In this document: positions 36,680 to 48,427 of the stretch, piece after piece
How positions within the stretch are numbered: position 1 is the first letter of the stretch
How the letters are laid out: the number at the start of each line of letters is the position of its first letter
NCBI GenBank assembly: GCA_045106935.1
Contig: JBGCFN010000018.1
Location: forward strand, 22,820 to 86,819
Length of the DNA stretch: 64,000 nucleotides
Direction: 5' to 3'
From: Gammaproteobacteria bacterium
Lineage (GTDB): Bacteria; Pseudomonadota; Gammaproteobacteria; UBA4575
Program-made: the position numbers and the translations under genes
The notes under the pieces: model-generated
Told to the model about the DNA's origin: nothing
Seen by the model: only the letters and a program-made list of their open reading frames with translations
The model's database searches: none

Positions 36680-37855
36680 TCAGGTTTGAGTCATCTTGTT
36701 ATCATTTTCAATTTCCAACAAAGCATTCACTAGCTGGTCAATTTGTTGATGCGAGTGTTCACTAGATAATGTAATGCGTAAACGCGCAGTGCCTTTTGGT
36801 ACGGTCGGTGGACGTATTGCTAGCACGAGTATTCCACGTTGCTCTAATTGGTGACTGAATTTAAGAGCTTGCTGATTTTCACCTAGGACAATCGTTTGGA
36901 TGGGTGTCACAGAATCAAGCAAATTAAGTTTGCTGTGTGTTAAAGCATGGCGAAAATACTGAATATTATTATGTAACCTTCTTCTGCGTTCAGGTTCATT
37001 AATGATAATGTTTAAACTCTGTATTGCCGCCGCAGCAAGTGAAGCAGGGGGGGCTGTGGTATAAATCAAGGTGCGAGATTTTTGTATTAGATAGTCTATA
37101 GTGTCAATATCGCTTAGTACAAACGCGCCACTAACACCAAATGCTTTGCCAAACGTACCAATCAAGACATCGACTTTGGATGGCTTTATTTTTAAATGTT
37201 CTAAGCAACCTTTACCTTGCTCACCCAGTACACCAATACCGTGGGCATCATCAATGATTAATTTGTCATTAGTATGCTGCTTAAGTTGGCTGAGTTGATC
37301 AATCGGCGCGACACTTCCCTCCATGCTGAATACACCATCACTCACAATTAACTTTGAGGAGTGCTGGCTTTTTTCAATAATTTGTTTGGCATGACAACTA
37401 TCACGATGTTGATATCGTTTTAAGTGAGCCCCGGCATATTTTGCTGCATCGATCAGTGATGCATGATTAAGTTTATCTTCTAAAATTAAGCTATGGCGAG
37501 AACTCAATGCTGATATGACACCTAAGTTTGCTAAATAGCCAGATGAAAATAGTACGCAGCGTTGATACCCCAGAAATTCAGCCAGCTGTTCTTCTAATGA
37601 GGCATGAACTGATGAGTAACCACTGATATGTTGAGAGGCGCCACTTCCAAGGCCAAATTTTGAAATAGCCTCTTTAGCGGCATGGCATACATGCTTGTTG
37701 TTCGCTAAGCCTAAGTAGTCGTTACTGCAGAAAGATAAATATGGATTGCCATCAACAACTACTTCGATTCCTTGAGGGCTATCGAGTCTCTTACGTAGTC
37801 GATAGGCACCTTGCTGCTTTAGGTCAGACAGGTGCTGTGGAATTGAAGTCTGCAC
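36680..37855 (-). CDS. bioF: 8-amino-7-oxononanoate synthase
   Basis: SNDYLGL, SGYLAN, NHASLID, DDAHG, GTFGKA, IRPPTVP. Confidence 0.95.
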   Translation of the reverse strand: MQTSIPQHLSDLKQQGAYRLRKRLDSPQGIEVVVDGNPYLSFCSNDYLGLANNKHVCHAAKEAISKFGLGSGASQHISGYSSVHASLEEQLAEFLGYQRCVLFSSGYLANLGVISALSSRHSLILEDKLNHASLIDAAKYAGAHLKRYQHRDSCHAKQIIEKSQHSSKLIVSDGVFSMEGSVAPIDQLSQLKQHTNDKLIIDDAHGIGVLGEQGKGCLEHLKIKPSKVDVLIGTFGKAFGVSGAFVLSDIDTIDYLIQKSRTLIYTTAPPASLAAAAIQSLNIIINEPERRRRLHNNIQYFRHALTHSKLNLLDSVTPIQTIVLGENQQALKFSHQLEQRGILVLAIRPPTVPKGTARLRITLSSEHSHQQIDQLVNALLEIENDNKMTQT

Positions 37856-37868
37856 CGAAAATATTTTG

Positions 37869-38822
37869 CTAATGGCTTGCTTGTGCCTCTAAGCTCATAC
37901 CTAAGCGTTCAAATAATTTTGCATCTTGATCAATATCTGGATTTGGTGCGGTTAATAGTTTTTCACCAAAAAAGACAGAATTTGCACCCGCATGAAAACA
38001 CAGCGCTTGCATGGCATCATTCATGGATTCGCGACCAGCCGATAAACGAATGTAAGTGTTAGGCATCAAAATACGTGTCGCAGCAATCATACGGACAAAT
38101 TCAATTGGATCAAGCTCATCGGTGCCATACAGAGGTGTCCCTTCTATTTGCACGAGTAGATTTATTGGAACAGATTCTGGTTGAGGGTCTAAATTCGCTA
38201 ATTCAAGCAATAAACCAACGCGTTGTTGGCGATTTTCTCCCATACCCAAAATTCCACCAGAACAGACACTGACACCTGAATCTCTGACATGCTTGAGTGT
38301 GTCTAATCTGTCTTGGTAATCACGCGTGGTGATGATGTCTCCATAAAACTCAGGTGAGGTATCAAGGTTATGGTTGTAATAATCTAATCCAACTTCAGCT
38401 AAGCGTTTAGATTGTTTTTCCGTCAACATGCCCAGTGTGACACAGGTTTCTAGATTTTCTGCTTGAACTTCTTGGATCATGCCTATCACGGTCTCAAGGT
38501 TTTTGTCTGTGGGATTACGCCATGCAGCCCCCATACAAAATCGGGTTGCGCCCTGCTGTTTGGCATTTTGTGCCGCGGTGCGAACTTCCTCTAAAGAAAG
38601 TAAACGTTCTCGATCCAATCCTGTGTCGTAGCGTGCGCTTTGTGGGCAGTACGCACAATCTTCGGGGCAAGCCCCTGTTTTGATTGAAAGCAGCGTGCTA
38701 GCTTGAATGGTGTTTGGATTATGGTGGGCACGATGAACCCCTTGGGCTTCATATAATAAGTCATTAAAAGGTTTAGCAAAAATTTCGCTGACTGCTTGTT
38801 TATCCCACACTTTTTTACTCAT
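37869..38822 (-). CDS. bioB: Biotin synthase
   Basis: Radical [24 protein letters not shown]. Confidence 0.98.
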   Translation of the reverse strand: MSKKVWDKQAVSEIFAKPFNDLLYEAQGVHRAHHNPNTIQASTLLSIKTGACPEDCAYCPQSARYDTGLDRERLLSLEEVRTAAQNAKQQGATRFCMGAAWRNPTDKNLETVIGMIQEVQAENLETCVTLGMLTEKQSKRLAEVGLDYYNHNLDTSPEFYGDIITTRDYQDRLDTLKHVRDSGVSVCSGGILGMGENRQQRVGLLLELANLDPQPESVPINLLVQIEGTPLYGTDELDPIEFVRMIAATRILMPNTYIRLSAGRESMNDAMQALCFHAGANSVFFGEKLLTAPNPDIDQDAKLFERLGMSLEAQASH

Positions 38823-38874
38823 TGAGAACTCGCTTTAGAAATATTTAAGTACCGGAGTCTAAACGCCTACCAGC

Positions 38875-38911
38875 ACTTGTCAAATGAAAGGCATTAACAA
38901 AATTTACAAGT
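38875..38911. promoter_or_regulatory. Putative BirA operator overlapping the bioB -35 and the comF start
   Basis: ACTTGTCAAAT-N15-AATTTACAAGT resembles the proteobacterial TTGTAAACC-N14..16-GGTTTACAA site. A minus-strand TTGACA (38878-38883)-16 nt-TAGACT (38856-38861) promoter points into bioB. Confidence 0.65.
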
Positions 38912-39606
38912 TAGTTTCACTGTCCAGTCGCACAATTTATCCCTGGGTATGTTGTATGTGTGGCGGACAGAAGCAAACACATATAGGTGTATGCCATGCT
39001 TGTATTATGCATTTACCTTGGTGTTTCAATGAGCCCTTGTGTTCTATATGTGGCTTACCACTAGCAGGTTCGAAGAGCGCTAGGACAATTTGTGGAATAT
39101 GTCAGCATTCGCCCCCTTATTACGATCATATCCATGCTAATTTTTGGTACCAAGCACCTATTGATAGACTGATATCAGATTATAAATATCAAAATCAATG
39201 GCAAAATGCACAAACGTTGATTGATCTATCGGCCGTATCTTTGGCTAACATATTGAAAGCAGGCTTAGTCATTCCTATGCCTAGCCACCCGATGCGTATT
39301 CGCCAAAGAGGGTTCAATGCAGTTTATGAATTGATTAAGCTACTCAGCAAAAAAGTAACATTTAATTATGAGCTTAACGCAGTCATTCGTAGTAAAAATA
39401 CTGATACCCAGACTGGCAAATTAAAACCTCAACGTAGGAAAAACGTTAAAGGCGCTTTTAATATAATAAAGCCGCTTGAATATGAGCACGTTATTATTTT
39501 TGATGAAGTTGTCACTACTGCTGCTACAGTAAATGAGTTGAGTTACTGCTTAAAGCAAGCGGGGATTAAGCGAGTAACTGTGTGTGCAATAGCACGCACT
39601 AAATAG
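38884..39606 (+). CDS. comF: ComF family protein (zinc ribbon plus PRTase domain)
   Basis: Four CxxC pairs, [13 protein letters not shown] PRTase-like motif; divergent from bioB. Confidence 0.88.
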   Translation: MKGINKIYKLVSLSSRTIYPWVCCMCGGQKQTHIGVCHACIMHLPWCFNEPLCSICGLPLAGSKSARTICGICQHSPPYYDHIHANFWYQAPIDRLISDYKYQNQWQNAQTLIDLSAVSLANILKAGLVIPMPSHPMRIRQRGFNAVYELIKLLSKKVTFNYELNAVIRSKNTDTQTGKLKPQRRKNVKGAFNIIKPLEYEHVIIFDEVVTTAATVNELSYCLKQAGIKRVTVCAIARTK

Positions 39607-40471
39607 GTAACCAATAACTGGCTGCAATACCGATAAATATAATCAGGCCGACATAATTATTATTTAAAAAAGCATCAAAACAGTCTTGAGGTTTGCGAGA
39701 ATAAATTAGTATTTGTTGATAAATAAAAAATAAAGCGACTAAAAATAAACTACAAAAATACCAATAACGTAGATCAACTTGTGTGCCTACTGAAATTAAT
39801 GCTAACAACACAAAAATTTGTAACACGCCAATAATGGTTCGATCAGATGAGCCAAACAATATTGCCGTTGACTTAACGCCAATTCTTATATCATCTTTTC
39901 GGTCAATCATGCCGTACATAGTGTCATAGGCGGTTGTCCAGATGATGGTCGCAATAAAAAGTAGCCAACCCCATTGAGGTGGATAGGTATCAGTTAGTGC
40001 AACAAACGCCATGGGTACAGCCCACGCAAAAGCTAAACCTAAATGAACTTGCGGCAAATAATGCAGGCGCTTAGTAAATGGGTATGTAGCAGCAAGAGTT
40101 ACTGCTACTAATGAAAATAATAGCGTTAGTTTGTTTAAAAAAATTGTCACTAAACAAAATGCAAACACGGATAAAATTATAAATATAGAAATAGCTTCTA
40201 GTGAAGAAACCTTGCCGCTAACAAGAGGGCGATTTTTAGTTCTTTCGACATCGCCATCAATATTCCGGTCAGCATAGTCATTAATAGCACAACCGGCAGA
40301 GCGCATTAAAATCACGCCAAGGATAAATACGATTAACACGGATAAATCTGGTTTACCTTCAGCTGCAATGAATAATGCCCACAGTGTTGGCCATAGCAAC
40401 AAGAAAATTCCTATTGGCTTGTCTAAACGTACTAGCTGTGCGTAAGCGATAAGTTTATGTTTTATCGGCAT
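39599..40471 (-). CDS. ubiA: 4-hydroxybenzoate polyprenyltransferase
   Basis: RLDKPIG..LLLWP, NDYADR..D..VERT..RPL, YDTMY...DR.DD..IGVKSTA. Confidence 0.96.
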   Translation of the reverse strand: MPIKHKLIAYAQLVRLDKPIGIFLLLWPTLWALFIAAEGKPDLSVLIVFILGVILMRSAGCAINDYADRNIDGDVERTKNRPLVSGKVSSLEAISIFIILSVFAFCLVTIFLNKLTLLFSLVAVTLAATYPFTKRLHYLPQVHLGLAFAWAVPMAFVALTDTYPPQWGWLLFIATIIWTTAYDTMYGMIDRKDDIRIGVKSTAILFGSSDRTIIGVLQIFVLLALISVGTQVDLRYWYFCSLFLVALFFIYQQILIYSRKPQDCFDAFLNNNYVGLIIFIGIAASYWLPI

Positions 40472-40555
40472 AGAAGATTGAAGTGATTATCAGCTTGGTG
40501 ACTAGCATGATAGCATTACATAAGTAATTCAATCACTAACATCAACATTTCTATT

Positions 40556-41092
40556 ATGACGATTAGAACATTTCAAAAGTTTTCTCCTAAGTTACATAAA
40601 ACAGCTTATATTGATCCCACGGCATTAGTTATTGGGCAGGTAAGCATAGGGGCAGATAGCTCAATCTGGCCTATGACGGTAGTTAGAGGTGATATCAATA
40701 CGATTACAATTGGTGAGCGAACAAACATTCAAGATGGCTCAATTCTACATGTCAGTCATGACGGGGAATATAGTCCGGGTGGAGCGAGTATGACGATCGG
40801 TAACGATGTCACCGTTGGGCACTCAGTAGTATTGCATGCCTGTACATTGAAGGACTGCTGTCTGATAGGTATTGGCTCAGTGATCTTAGATAATGCAGTG
40901 GTACATAAGCACGCAATGGTTGGTGCGGGATCACTCGTCACTAACGGGAAAGAACTTGAAGGAGGTTATTTATGGATGGGTCGACCAGCTAAGAAGGTTC
41001 GTGAGTTGAGTGAAAAAGAAATTGAATATTTATCATATTCCGCAAACCACTATGTGAAAGTAAAACAAATGCATGAAAGTACCGAGGATTAA
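40556..41092 (+). CDS. Gamma-class carbonic anhydrase family protein (YrdA-like)
   Basis: Hexapeptide repeats, RGD, NIQDG..LH, VGH...LH metal-binding His residues; next to aroE. Confidence 0.88.
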   Translation: MTIRTFQKFSPKLHKTAYIDPTALVIGQVSIGADSSIWPMTVVRGDINTITIGERTNIQDGSILHVSHDGEYSPGGASMTIGNDVTVGHSVVLHACTLKDCCLIGIGSVILDNAVVHKHAMVGAGSLVTNGKELEGGYLWMGRPAKKVRELSEKEIEYLSYSANHYVKVKQMHESTED

Positions 41093-41910
41093 TTGCTTGG
41101 TCGTAATAACTTAAATACTGGCAAAGTGTCAGGTCGATAACCTCTCCAGATGTAATAAGACTCAGCAGCCTGTTCGATTAACATACCTATCCCATCAATT
41201 GATTTTTTAGCATTTAATTGATTGCTCCACTGAAGAAACGCGGTGGGTTGATCACTATAAGCTAAGTCATAACAGATAGTATTTTCACCGACAGTGCCGG
41301 GTGGAATAGGTGGAACGTCATTGTTTAAACTTGCTGATGTGGCATTAATGATGAGATCAAATTGTTGGGTGTCAATATCATTAAATCCACAACTATCAAT
41401 ATTCCCCGCAATAGAAAAAGAGTCAGCTAAGGAATTGGCCTTAGCCACTGTTCTATTAGCAATTAAAATCTGTGAAGGGTGTTGTTGCAGCAAAGGGAGA
41501 AGTATTCCTCGAGTGGCGCCGCCAGCACCAAGAATAAGAATAGTTTTATCCTTTAGCTGCAATCCAAGGTTGTTTTTCAGGTCTGCGAGTAAACCAATGC
41601 CATCAGTATTGGCGCCAGCCCAACCAGTATCTGCATCAAAACTCAAAGTATTTACCGCACCTGCTGATTGCGCATACTCATTTAATTGTTGGCACTGCTG
41701 AAATGCCACAAGCTTAAAGGGAACGGTGACATTTAACCCAAGCCCACCGTGACTGACAAAGTCGTTTACATGTTGAGAAAATTGATCTTGTTCGGCAAGA
41801 ATGCGGTCATAACTGATCGTCACTTGTTCTTGTTTAGCGAAAGCCAGATGAATCTGGGGAGATTTACTATGGTGAATGGGGTTACCAATGACCGCGTACT
41901 TATTTTCCAC
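41089..41910 (-). CDS. aroE: Shikimate dehydrogenase
   Basis: HSKSP.IH, NVTVPFK, NTDG.G, GAGGA, NATS. Confidence 0.96.
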   Translation of the reverse strand: MENKYAVIGNPIHHSKSPQIHLAFAKQEQVTISYDRILAEQDQFSQHVNDFVSHGGLGLNVTVPFKLVAFQQCQQLNEYAQSAGAVNTLSFDADTGWAGANTDGIGLLADLKNNLGLQLKDKTILILGAGGATRGILLPLLQQHPSQILIANRTVAKANSLADSFSIAGNIDSCGFNDIDTQQFDLIINATSASLNNDVPPIPPGTVGENTICYDLAYSDQPTAFLQWSNQLNAKKSIDGIGMLIEQAAESYYIWRGYRPDTLPVFKLLRPSN

Positions 41911-41929
41911 TATCCTAACAATGAATTAG

Positions 41930-42922
<993 letters not shown>

Positions 42923-42933
42923 CTAGCAATTCC

Positions 42934-43851
42934 TTAAGGTTGGTTTACCCAGTCTTTAGGGCACAAAAAGTTCTTATATAGTATTTCTTCAGGACTTTTT
43001 TCTTCTGGTTGCCAATTATACTCCCATCGGACTTGTGGTGGCAGAGACATCAAGATGGATTCGGTGCGTCCTCCAGATTGAAGGCCAAATAAGGTGCCAC
43101 GATCGTAAACTAAATTAAATTCAACGTATCTACCGCGTCGATATAGTTGAAAGTCTCGTTCACGTTGGCTAAATGGGGTGTCCTTACGTTTTTCTACAAT
43201 GGGAGAATAAGCTTTTAAAAAGCTGTCACCCACGCTACGTAAAAAAGAAAAGCTCGTATCAAAATCTGGCTCATTAAGGTCATCAAAAAATAGCCCGCCA
43301 ATGCCTCTTGGCTCTTTACGGTGAGGCAAATAAAAGTATTCGTCGCACCATTTTTTATATTTGCTATAGGTGTTATCACCAAATGGGTCACAGGCTGACT
43401 TTGCTGTGTTATGCCAATGTTTAGCATCATCTTCAAAGCCATAATAGGGTGTTAAATCATAGCCACCACCAAACCACCAAATTGGATCGTTATCTTTGGG
43501 TTGGGCAATAAAAAAACGAACATTACAGTGACTCGTAGGGATGTAAGGATTGTTTGGGTGAATAACCAAGGAAACACCCGCCGCTTCAAAACTGCTACCA
43601 GATAATTCCGGTCGTTGAGTAGTGGCTGCCTTAGGTAATTGATTTCCACTGACACGGGAATAATTAACCCCAGCCTGCTCAAATACAGCACCATTCCTTA
43701 GTACACGACTACGCCCACCACCCCCTTCTTCTCGGGTCCATACATCTTCTGCAAAGGGTGTTCCATCAATACGAGATAATTCTGTGCAGATAGTATCTTG
43801 CAGAGATTCTAAATAGGTCAGTACATTAGTTAGATTGGGTGAGTCACTCAT
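42934..43851 (-). CDS. hemF: Oxygen-dependent coproporphyrinogen III oxidase
   Basis: [38 protein letters not shown]. Confidence 0.97.
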   Translation of the reverse strand: MSDSPNLTNVLTYLESLQDTICTELSRIDGTPFAEDVWTREEGGGGRSRVLRNGAVFEQAGVNYSRVSGNQLPKAATTQRPELSGSSFEAAGVSLVIHPNNPYIPTSHCNVRFFIAQPKDNDPIWWFGGGYDLTPYYGFEDDAKHWHNTAKSACDPFGDNTYSKYKKWCDEYFYLPHRKEPRGIGGLFFDDLNEPDFDTSFSFLRSVGDSFLKAYSPIVEKRKDTPFSQRERDFQLYRRGRYVEFNLVYDRGTLFGLQSGGRTESILMSLPPQVRWEYNWQPEEKSPEEILYKNFLCPKDWVNQP

Positions 43852-43860
43852 AAATTAATT

Positions 43861-44406
43861 CTACCTGCGTAAAATGTTACCGCTGTCTAAGTCGATAATA
43901 GTACTAGATTTACCGCTACCAGGTGTTTGATTCTGGTCAATGTAATCAATATTTGGTCCGAATACTGCGCGAACCTGCTGAGCATTGATGCAGTTAGGTT
44001 GATTTGAAATATTTGCGCTGGTTGAAGCAATCGCACCCACTTCAATACATAAGTCCATAATAGGCGAATGTTTAGTGATGCGAACGGCGACTTTATTGGT
44101 AGAGCCTAATAATTGTGACGGCACGTTTTTATTTGCATGGACTAGCCATGTAGTAGGTGTGGCTGTTGGTTTATTTAAAAGATCGAGCGTGTTGTTATCA
44201 GCAAGTAAAAATTCTTCCACCTGTTCAGCAGAGGCCGCTAACAAAATAAAACTTTTTTGTTCGTCTCGACTTTTAATATTTGCCAGACGAAGTAATGATT
44301 GTGTGAGTGGTAAACAGGCAAGTCCGAAAACAGTATCTGTTTGGTGGGCAATAACGCCAGCGTTATTTAAAACATTCACGGCGCTATTTTGTGATGATGA
44401 AGGCAT
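43861..44406 (-). CDS. tsaC: Threonylcarbamoyl-AMP synthase (YrdC/TsaC)
   Basis: TDTVFGL, K.R...K, AVRIT, STSAN, SSTIID. Confidence 0.85.
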   Translation of the reverse strand: MPSSSQNSAVNVLNNAGVIAHQTDTVFGLACLPLTQSLLRLANIKSRDEQKSFILLAASAEQVEEFLLADNNTLDLLNKPTATPTTWLVHANKNVPSQLLGSTNKVAVRITKHSPIMDLCIEVGAIASTSANISNQPNCINAQQVRAVFGPNIDYIDQNQTPGSGKSSTIIDLDSGNILRR

Positions 44407-44427
44407 CCGCTAATGTTAGCAGTAAAC

Positions 44428-46764
44428 TTATGAAGATTTTTTAGCAGCTTTTTTCTTTTTAGCGGTTTTGCGTCTAGCTTTACGCACCGGGGCTTTGGCT
44501 ATCATTTCCTGACACTGCTCTAAGGTTAACGAAGCGGGCTCCACGTCTTTTGGTATCTTGGCATTTTTTTTGCCATCGGTGACATAGGGGCCATAACGAC
44601 CATTCAACACCTGAATACCTTCTTCAACAAATTCGTTAATGAACTTGTTTGCATCTTCTTCTTTTTTGATGGCGATAAACTCTAAGGCTTGCTCAAGCGT
44701 AATCGTGTGTGGATCTTCGCCTTTAATGGAAGCGTATTTAGTACCAAATTTTACATAAGGGCCAAAACGACCAAAGCTTGCTGAGATTTTTTCACCATCT
44801 TCTGTTTCGCCGAGATCACGCGGTAATTTAAATAATTCGAGGGCATCTTCAAGCGTGACAGAATCCATTTTTTGACCAGGGCGTAAACCGGCAAACTTAG
44901 GTTTTTCTTCATCGTCTTTAGTGCCAATTTGAACAAAAGGCCCATACCTACCCATACGAACACTCATCGGTTTGCCCGATTTAGGGTCGATACCTAAATC
45001 TCTTGCTTCAATGGCTTCCTCACGTGTAACAGATACTTCTTTATCTTTGACTAGCTCATCTAGTGGATTCCAAAATGACTCCATCACAGGGACCCATTCT
45101 TTTTCACCACGTGATATTTCATCTAACTCGTCTTCTAGTCTAGCTGTAAAATCATAGTCGACATATTGAGTAAAATGTTTTGTCAAAAAGCGAGTGACTA
45201 AACGGCCTATATCCGTTGGGAAAAAACGCCGGCTTTCTATTTCAGCGTACTCTCTATTTTGGATGGTAGAAATAATAGAAGCATAAGTCGATGGACGACC
45301 AATGCCATACTCTTCTAAAGCTTTTACTAAACTTGCTTCAGTAAAGCGCGGTGGCGGTTCTGTGAAGTGTTGTTCACAGCGAATTTCTTGTAAATTAATT
45401 TCATCACCTACTTCCATCACGGGAAGTAGTTTTTCATCACCACTGTCAGCGGCTTTATCATCAGCCCCTTCCTGATAAACAGCCATAAATCCTGCGTCTT
45501 TAATCGATGAACCTAAGGCTCGGAATATATTTTCATCACTACCACAATGCAATTCCACAGCAACAGTGTTCAACACCGCATGCGTCATTTGGCTAGCGAC
45601 AGTTCGCTTCCAAATCAAATCGTATAGTTTGTATTGTTCATCAGACAAAAATTCTTTTATTTCTTCAGGAATACGTAAGGCAGAGGTAGGACGAATAGCC
45701 TCGTGTGCTTCCTGAGCATTTTTAGATTTCGTCTTATAAGTTGGTGGTGTTTTAGGAAGTGACTTATCACCGTACCGCGTTTTAATTAATTCACGGATCT
45801 CCTCTACTGCTTCGTTCGCAAGAATAACCGAGTCAGTACGCATGTAGGTAATAAGGCCGACAGGGCCAGAGCCTAAATCAATTCCTTCATACAATTGTTG
45901 CGCTGTACGCATGGCACGCTGTGCAGAAAATCTTAGCTTTCTGATTGCTTCTTGTTGCATGGTTGAGGTAATAAACGGAGCGGTTGGATTTCGCTTTCGT
46001 TCTTTTTTGTCAACCTTGCCTACAATAAGTTTGCCATCGGCAGCCTTGGTTAAAGTTTTATGAGCAGCTTGGGCAAGTTTTTCTGTGTTGATATCAAACT
46101 GCGTTAACTTTTCTTTTTTAAGGTGCGAAAGCTTTGATTGAAAAGCTTGCTTACCTTTTTTACAGTCAGCCTCTATAGTCCAGTATTCTTTTGCGACAAA
46201 CTTTTCTATTTCATCTTCTCGTTCACATAGCAACCGAAGCGCAGGACTTTGTACGCGACCCGCAGATAAGCCACGTTTAATTTTCTTCCATAGTAAAGGA
46301 GAGAGGTTAAAGCCAACTAAGTAATCTAACGCGCGTCTGGCTTGTTGCGCATATACTAAATCATTGGCAAGTTCGCGAGGATTATCAATAGCATCTTGAA
46401 CGGCACTTTTGGTAATTTCATGAAATACAACACGGTGTACTTCTTTATCATCAAGTAGACCTCGCTCTTTTAATAGTTCTGACAGATGCCAGGAGATGGC
46501 TTCGCCTTCTCTATCAGGGTCAGTTGCGAGATATAAAGAGTCAGATTTTTTTAAAGCCTTACTAATGGCTGTGACATGCTTTTCATTGCGTTCGATAATC
46601 TGATACTTCATCGCAAATTCATTTTCGGGATCGACAGCACCTTCTTTAGGAATAAGATCTCGTACATGGCCATAAGATGCCAGAACGGTGAAATCTTTAC
46701 CTAAATATTTTTCAATTGTCTTGGCTTTAGCCGGCGACTCTACAATGACGAGGTGCTTACCCAT
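44428..46764 (-). CDS. topA: DNA topoisomerase I
   Basis: IVESPAKAKTI, ATDPDREGE, SAGRVQS, ITYMRTD; C-terminal GRYGP repeats and Lys-rich tail. Confidence 0.98.
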   Translation of the reverse strand: MGKHLVIVESPAKAKTIEKYLGKDFTVLASYGHVRDLIPKEGAVDPENEFAMKYQIIERNEKHVTAISKALKKSDSLYLATDPDREGEAISWHLSELLKERGLLDDKEVHRVVFHEITKSAVQDAIDNPRELANDLVYAQQARRALDYLVGFNLSPLLWKKIKRGLSAGRVQSPALRLLCEREDEIEKFVAKEYWTIEADCKKGKQAFQSKLSHLKKEKLTQFDINTEKLAQAAHKTLTKAADGKLIVGKVDKKERKRNPTAPFITSTMQQEAIRKLRFSAQRAMRTAQQLYEGIDLGSGPVGLITYMRTDSVILANEAVEEIRELIKTRYGDKSLPKTPPTYKTKSKNAQEAHEAIRPTSALRIPEEIKEFLSDEQYKLYDLIWKRTVASQMTHAVLNTVAVELHCGSDENIFRALGSSIKDAGFMAVYQEGADDKAADSGDEKLLPVMEVGDEINLQEIRCEQHFTEPPPRFTEASLVKALEEYGIGRPSTYASIISTIQNREYAEIESRRFFPTDIGRLVTRFLTKHFTQYVDYDFTARLEDELDEISRGEKEWVPVMESFWNPLDELVKDKEVSVTREEAIEARDLGIDPKSGKPMSVRMGRYGPFVQIGTKDDEEKPKFAGLRPGQKMDSVTLEDALELFKLPRDLGETEDGEKISASFGRFGPYVKFGTKYASIKGEDPHTITLEQALEFIAIKKEEDANKFINEFVEEGIQVLNGRYGPYVTDGKKNAKIPKDVEPASLTLEQCQEMIAKAPVRKARRKTAKKKKAAKKSS

Positions 46765-46802
46765 TTAGGAACTACAGACGTAAAAAAGTGATCAGTGCTT
46801 AT

Positions 46803-47276
46803 TTAATGAATGTGAGATGAGGATAAATCCATAATCACATCTTCTAACCAATTATAAGGGACATCAGTACCTGAAAGGTTATACAACACGATTAGACAGA
46901 CCCACCTAAGTTGTTCGATATTAATTTCATCCGTGTCTAAGGCCATTACTCTATCGATCACAAGCTCACGACTTGTGGCGGTGAGTATGCCCATCTGCTC
47001 AAGCTCTAATAAATAGCCTTGGCATTCAAGGTCTAGTTTTTTTAACTCCCACGGATTATAGACCCGAGTTGTTTCATTCCCAGGTAAAGAGAGTTGTAGG
47101 TCATCATTTGAGGTTGGCAAGTCAGCAAGCCAATTAAAGGCTTTTTCAACATCGCCGTGGTCAAATCCAACTTCTACTAATTCTTCTAATAACGCCTCAC
47201 GATTAAACATGGCATCAGCTTCTTCAAAGTAGCTTTCAAACATGTACGTTAAGACATCAAGAACATTTTCTTTCAT
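46803..47276 (-). CDS. smg: Smg / DUF494 protein
   Basis: VLDVL.Y.FE, GF....V.KAF.WL, RELVIDRVMAL; lies between dprA and topA. Confidence 0.9.
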   Translation of the reverse strand: MKENVLDVLTYMFESYFEEADAMFNREALLEELVEVGFDHGDVEKAFNWLADLPTSNDDLQLSLPGNETTRVYNPWELKKLDLECQGYLLELEQMGILTATSRELVIDRVMALDTDEINIEQLRWVCLIVLYNLSGTDVPYNWLEDVIMDLSSSHIH

Positions 47277-47291
47277 TTATCAAATCCATAT

Positions 47292-48386
47292 CTATGCGCG
47301 AGAATAGTGTCCAAAGGCGTCAGAGGTTACTTGGCCGCCATTTTCCAGCTCCATCAGCATGGAGCAAACTTGTTCTGGGGTCAATCCACTTTTTTCAATA
47401 ATTATCTCTATTGGCAAGGGGGTATATTCAACATGTGCCAGTAAATTTCTAGATTCTCCCGATAGAAGCTGGTGGCTTTGTGTACATATTGGCCGGTGAG
47501 TGCAGGTCGACGTTTCTAAGTTTAACTCTTCCAGCACATCCTCTATTGAAGTGGTCAGCTTTGCACCTTGTTTTATGAGCTCATGGCAACCTCGGTTGAG
47601 GGGGTTATTGATTGGGCCAGGCACAGCAAATACTTCTCGTCCCTGTTCTAACGCATACCTAGCTGTAATCAAAGAGCCACTTTTTTTAGCTGCTTCTATC
47701 ACGATAGTGCCCAGGCTTAATCCGCTAATAATTCGATTTCGGCGCGGAAAATGCCGAGGTAATGGTTTTACCCCAGGGGGAAATTCAGAGAGTAATAGGC
47801 CTTTGCAGGCTATCTCATTGGCCAATGGTGTGTGCTCTGCCGGGTAAATACTATCTATTCCATGGGCAAGAATGGCGATAGTGCTGCCATGATCTGGTCT
47901 AAGAGCACCCATATGGGCCTGTTTATCGATACCACGGGCTAAGCCACTGACGATAGATATACCTAATTCTGCGAGTTGAGAAGAAAATTTAGAAGCAATC
48001 GACTGGCCAAATGAGCTTGCTTTTCGTCCTCCGACAATTCCAAGACATGCCTTATTGTTTAAGAGGTCTAGATTGCCACGGGCATAAAGAATTGGTGGTG
48101 GCAGGTAAATTTCCTTGAGTATGTCGGGATAATTTGCCTGAGAAATTAAAACGATATGATTATTCGAATGTGACTTGAGCCATTGGATATCATTGAGATA
48201 GCTATCTGACTGATCATTGATGATCGCTGTCGCTACTTTTTTCGGGATGCCTTTCTCTATTAGAGTAGTGTGATTAGTATTAAATAACCCGGTGACGTTC
48301 GGGAATCTTGTGAGTAGATAGTGGAAAGTTTTAGGCCCAATTCCTGAGATATGCCAAAGTTTTAGCCAGTTTTCAATTTCTGTCAT
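47292..48386 (-). CDS. dprA: DNA-processing protein DprA
   Basis: SGLARGID..AH, FPRRNRIISG, SGSLITA.YALEQGREVFAVPG, C-terminal winged helix. Confidence 0.96.
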   Translation of the reverse strand: MTEIENWLKLWHISGIGPKTFHYLLTRFPNVTGLFNTNHTTLIEKGIPKKVATAIINDQSDSYLNDIQWLKSHSNNHIVLISQANYPDILKEIYLPPPILYARGNLDLLNNKACLGIVGGRKASSFGQSIASKFSSQLAELGISIVSGLARGIDKQAHMGALRPDHGSTIAILAHGIDSIYPAEHTPLANEIACKGLLLSEFPPGVKPLPRHFPRRNRIISGLSLGTIVIEAAKKSGSLITARYALEQGREVFAVPGPINNPLNRGCHELIKQGAKLTTSIEDVLEELNLETSTCTHRPICTQSHQLLSGESRNLLAHVEYTPLPIEIIIEKSGLTPEQVCSMLMELENGGQVTSDAFGHYSRA

Positions 48387-48389
48387 GAA

Positions 48390-48427
48390 AAGTTAAATCC
48401 CTCTGAAATGTCAGAGGAACTTAACTT
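48390..48427 (-). promoter_or_regulatory. 17-bp RNA hairpin covering the dprA ribosome-binding region (translational block and/or terminator)
   Basis: mRNA reads AAGUUAAGUUCCUCUGA-CAUU-UCAGAGGGAUUUAACUU-UUC-AUG; fully paired with two G-U wobbles. Confidence 0.7.
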
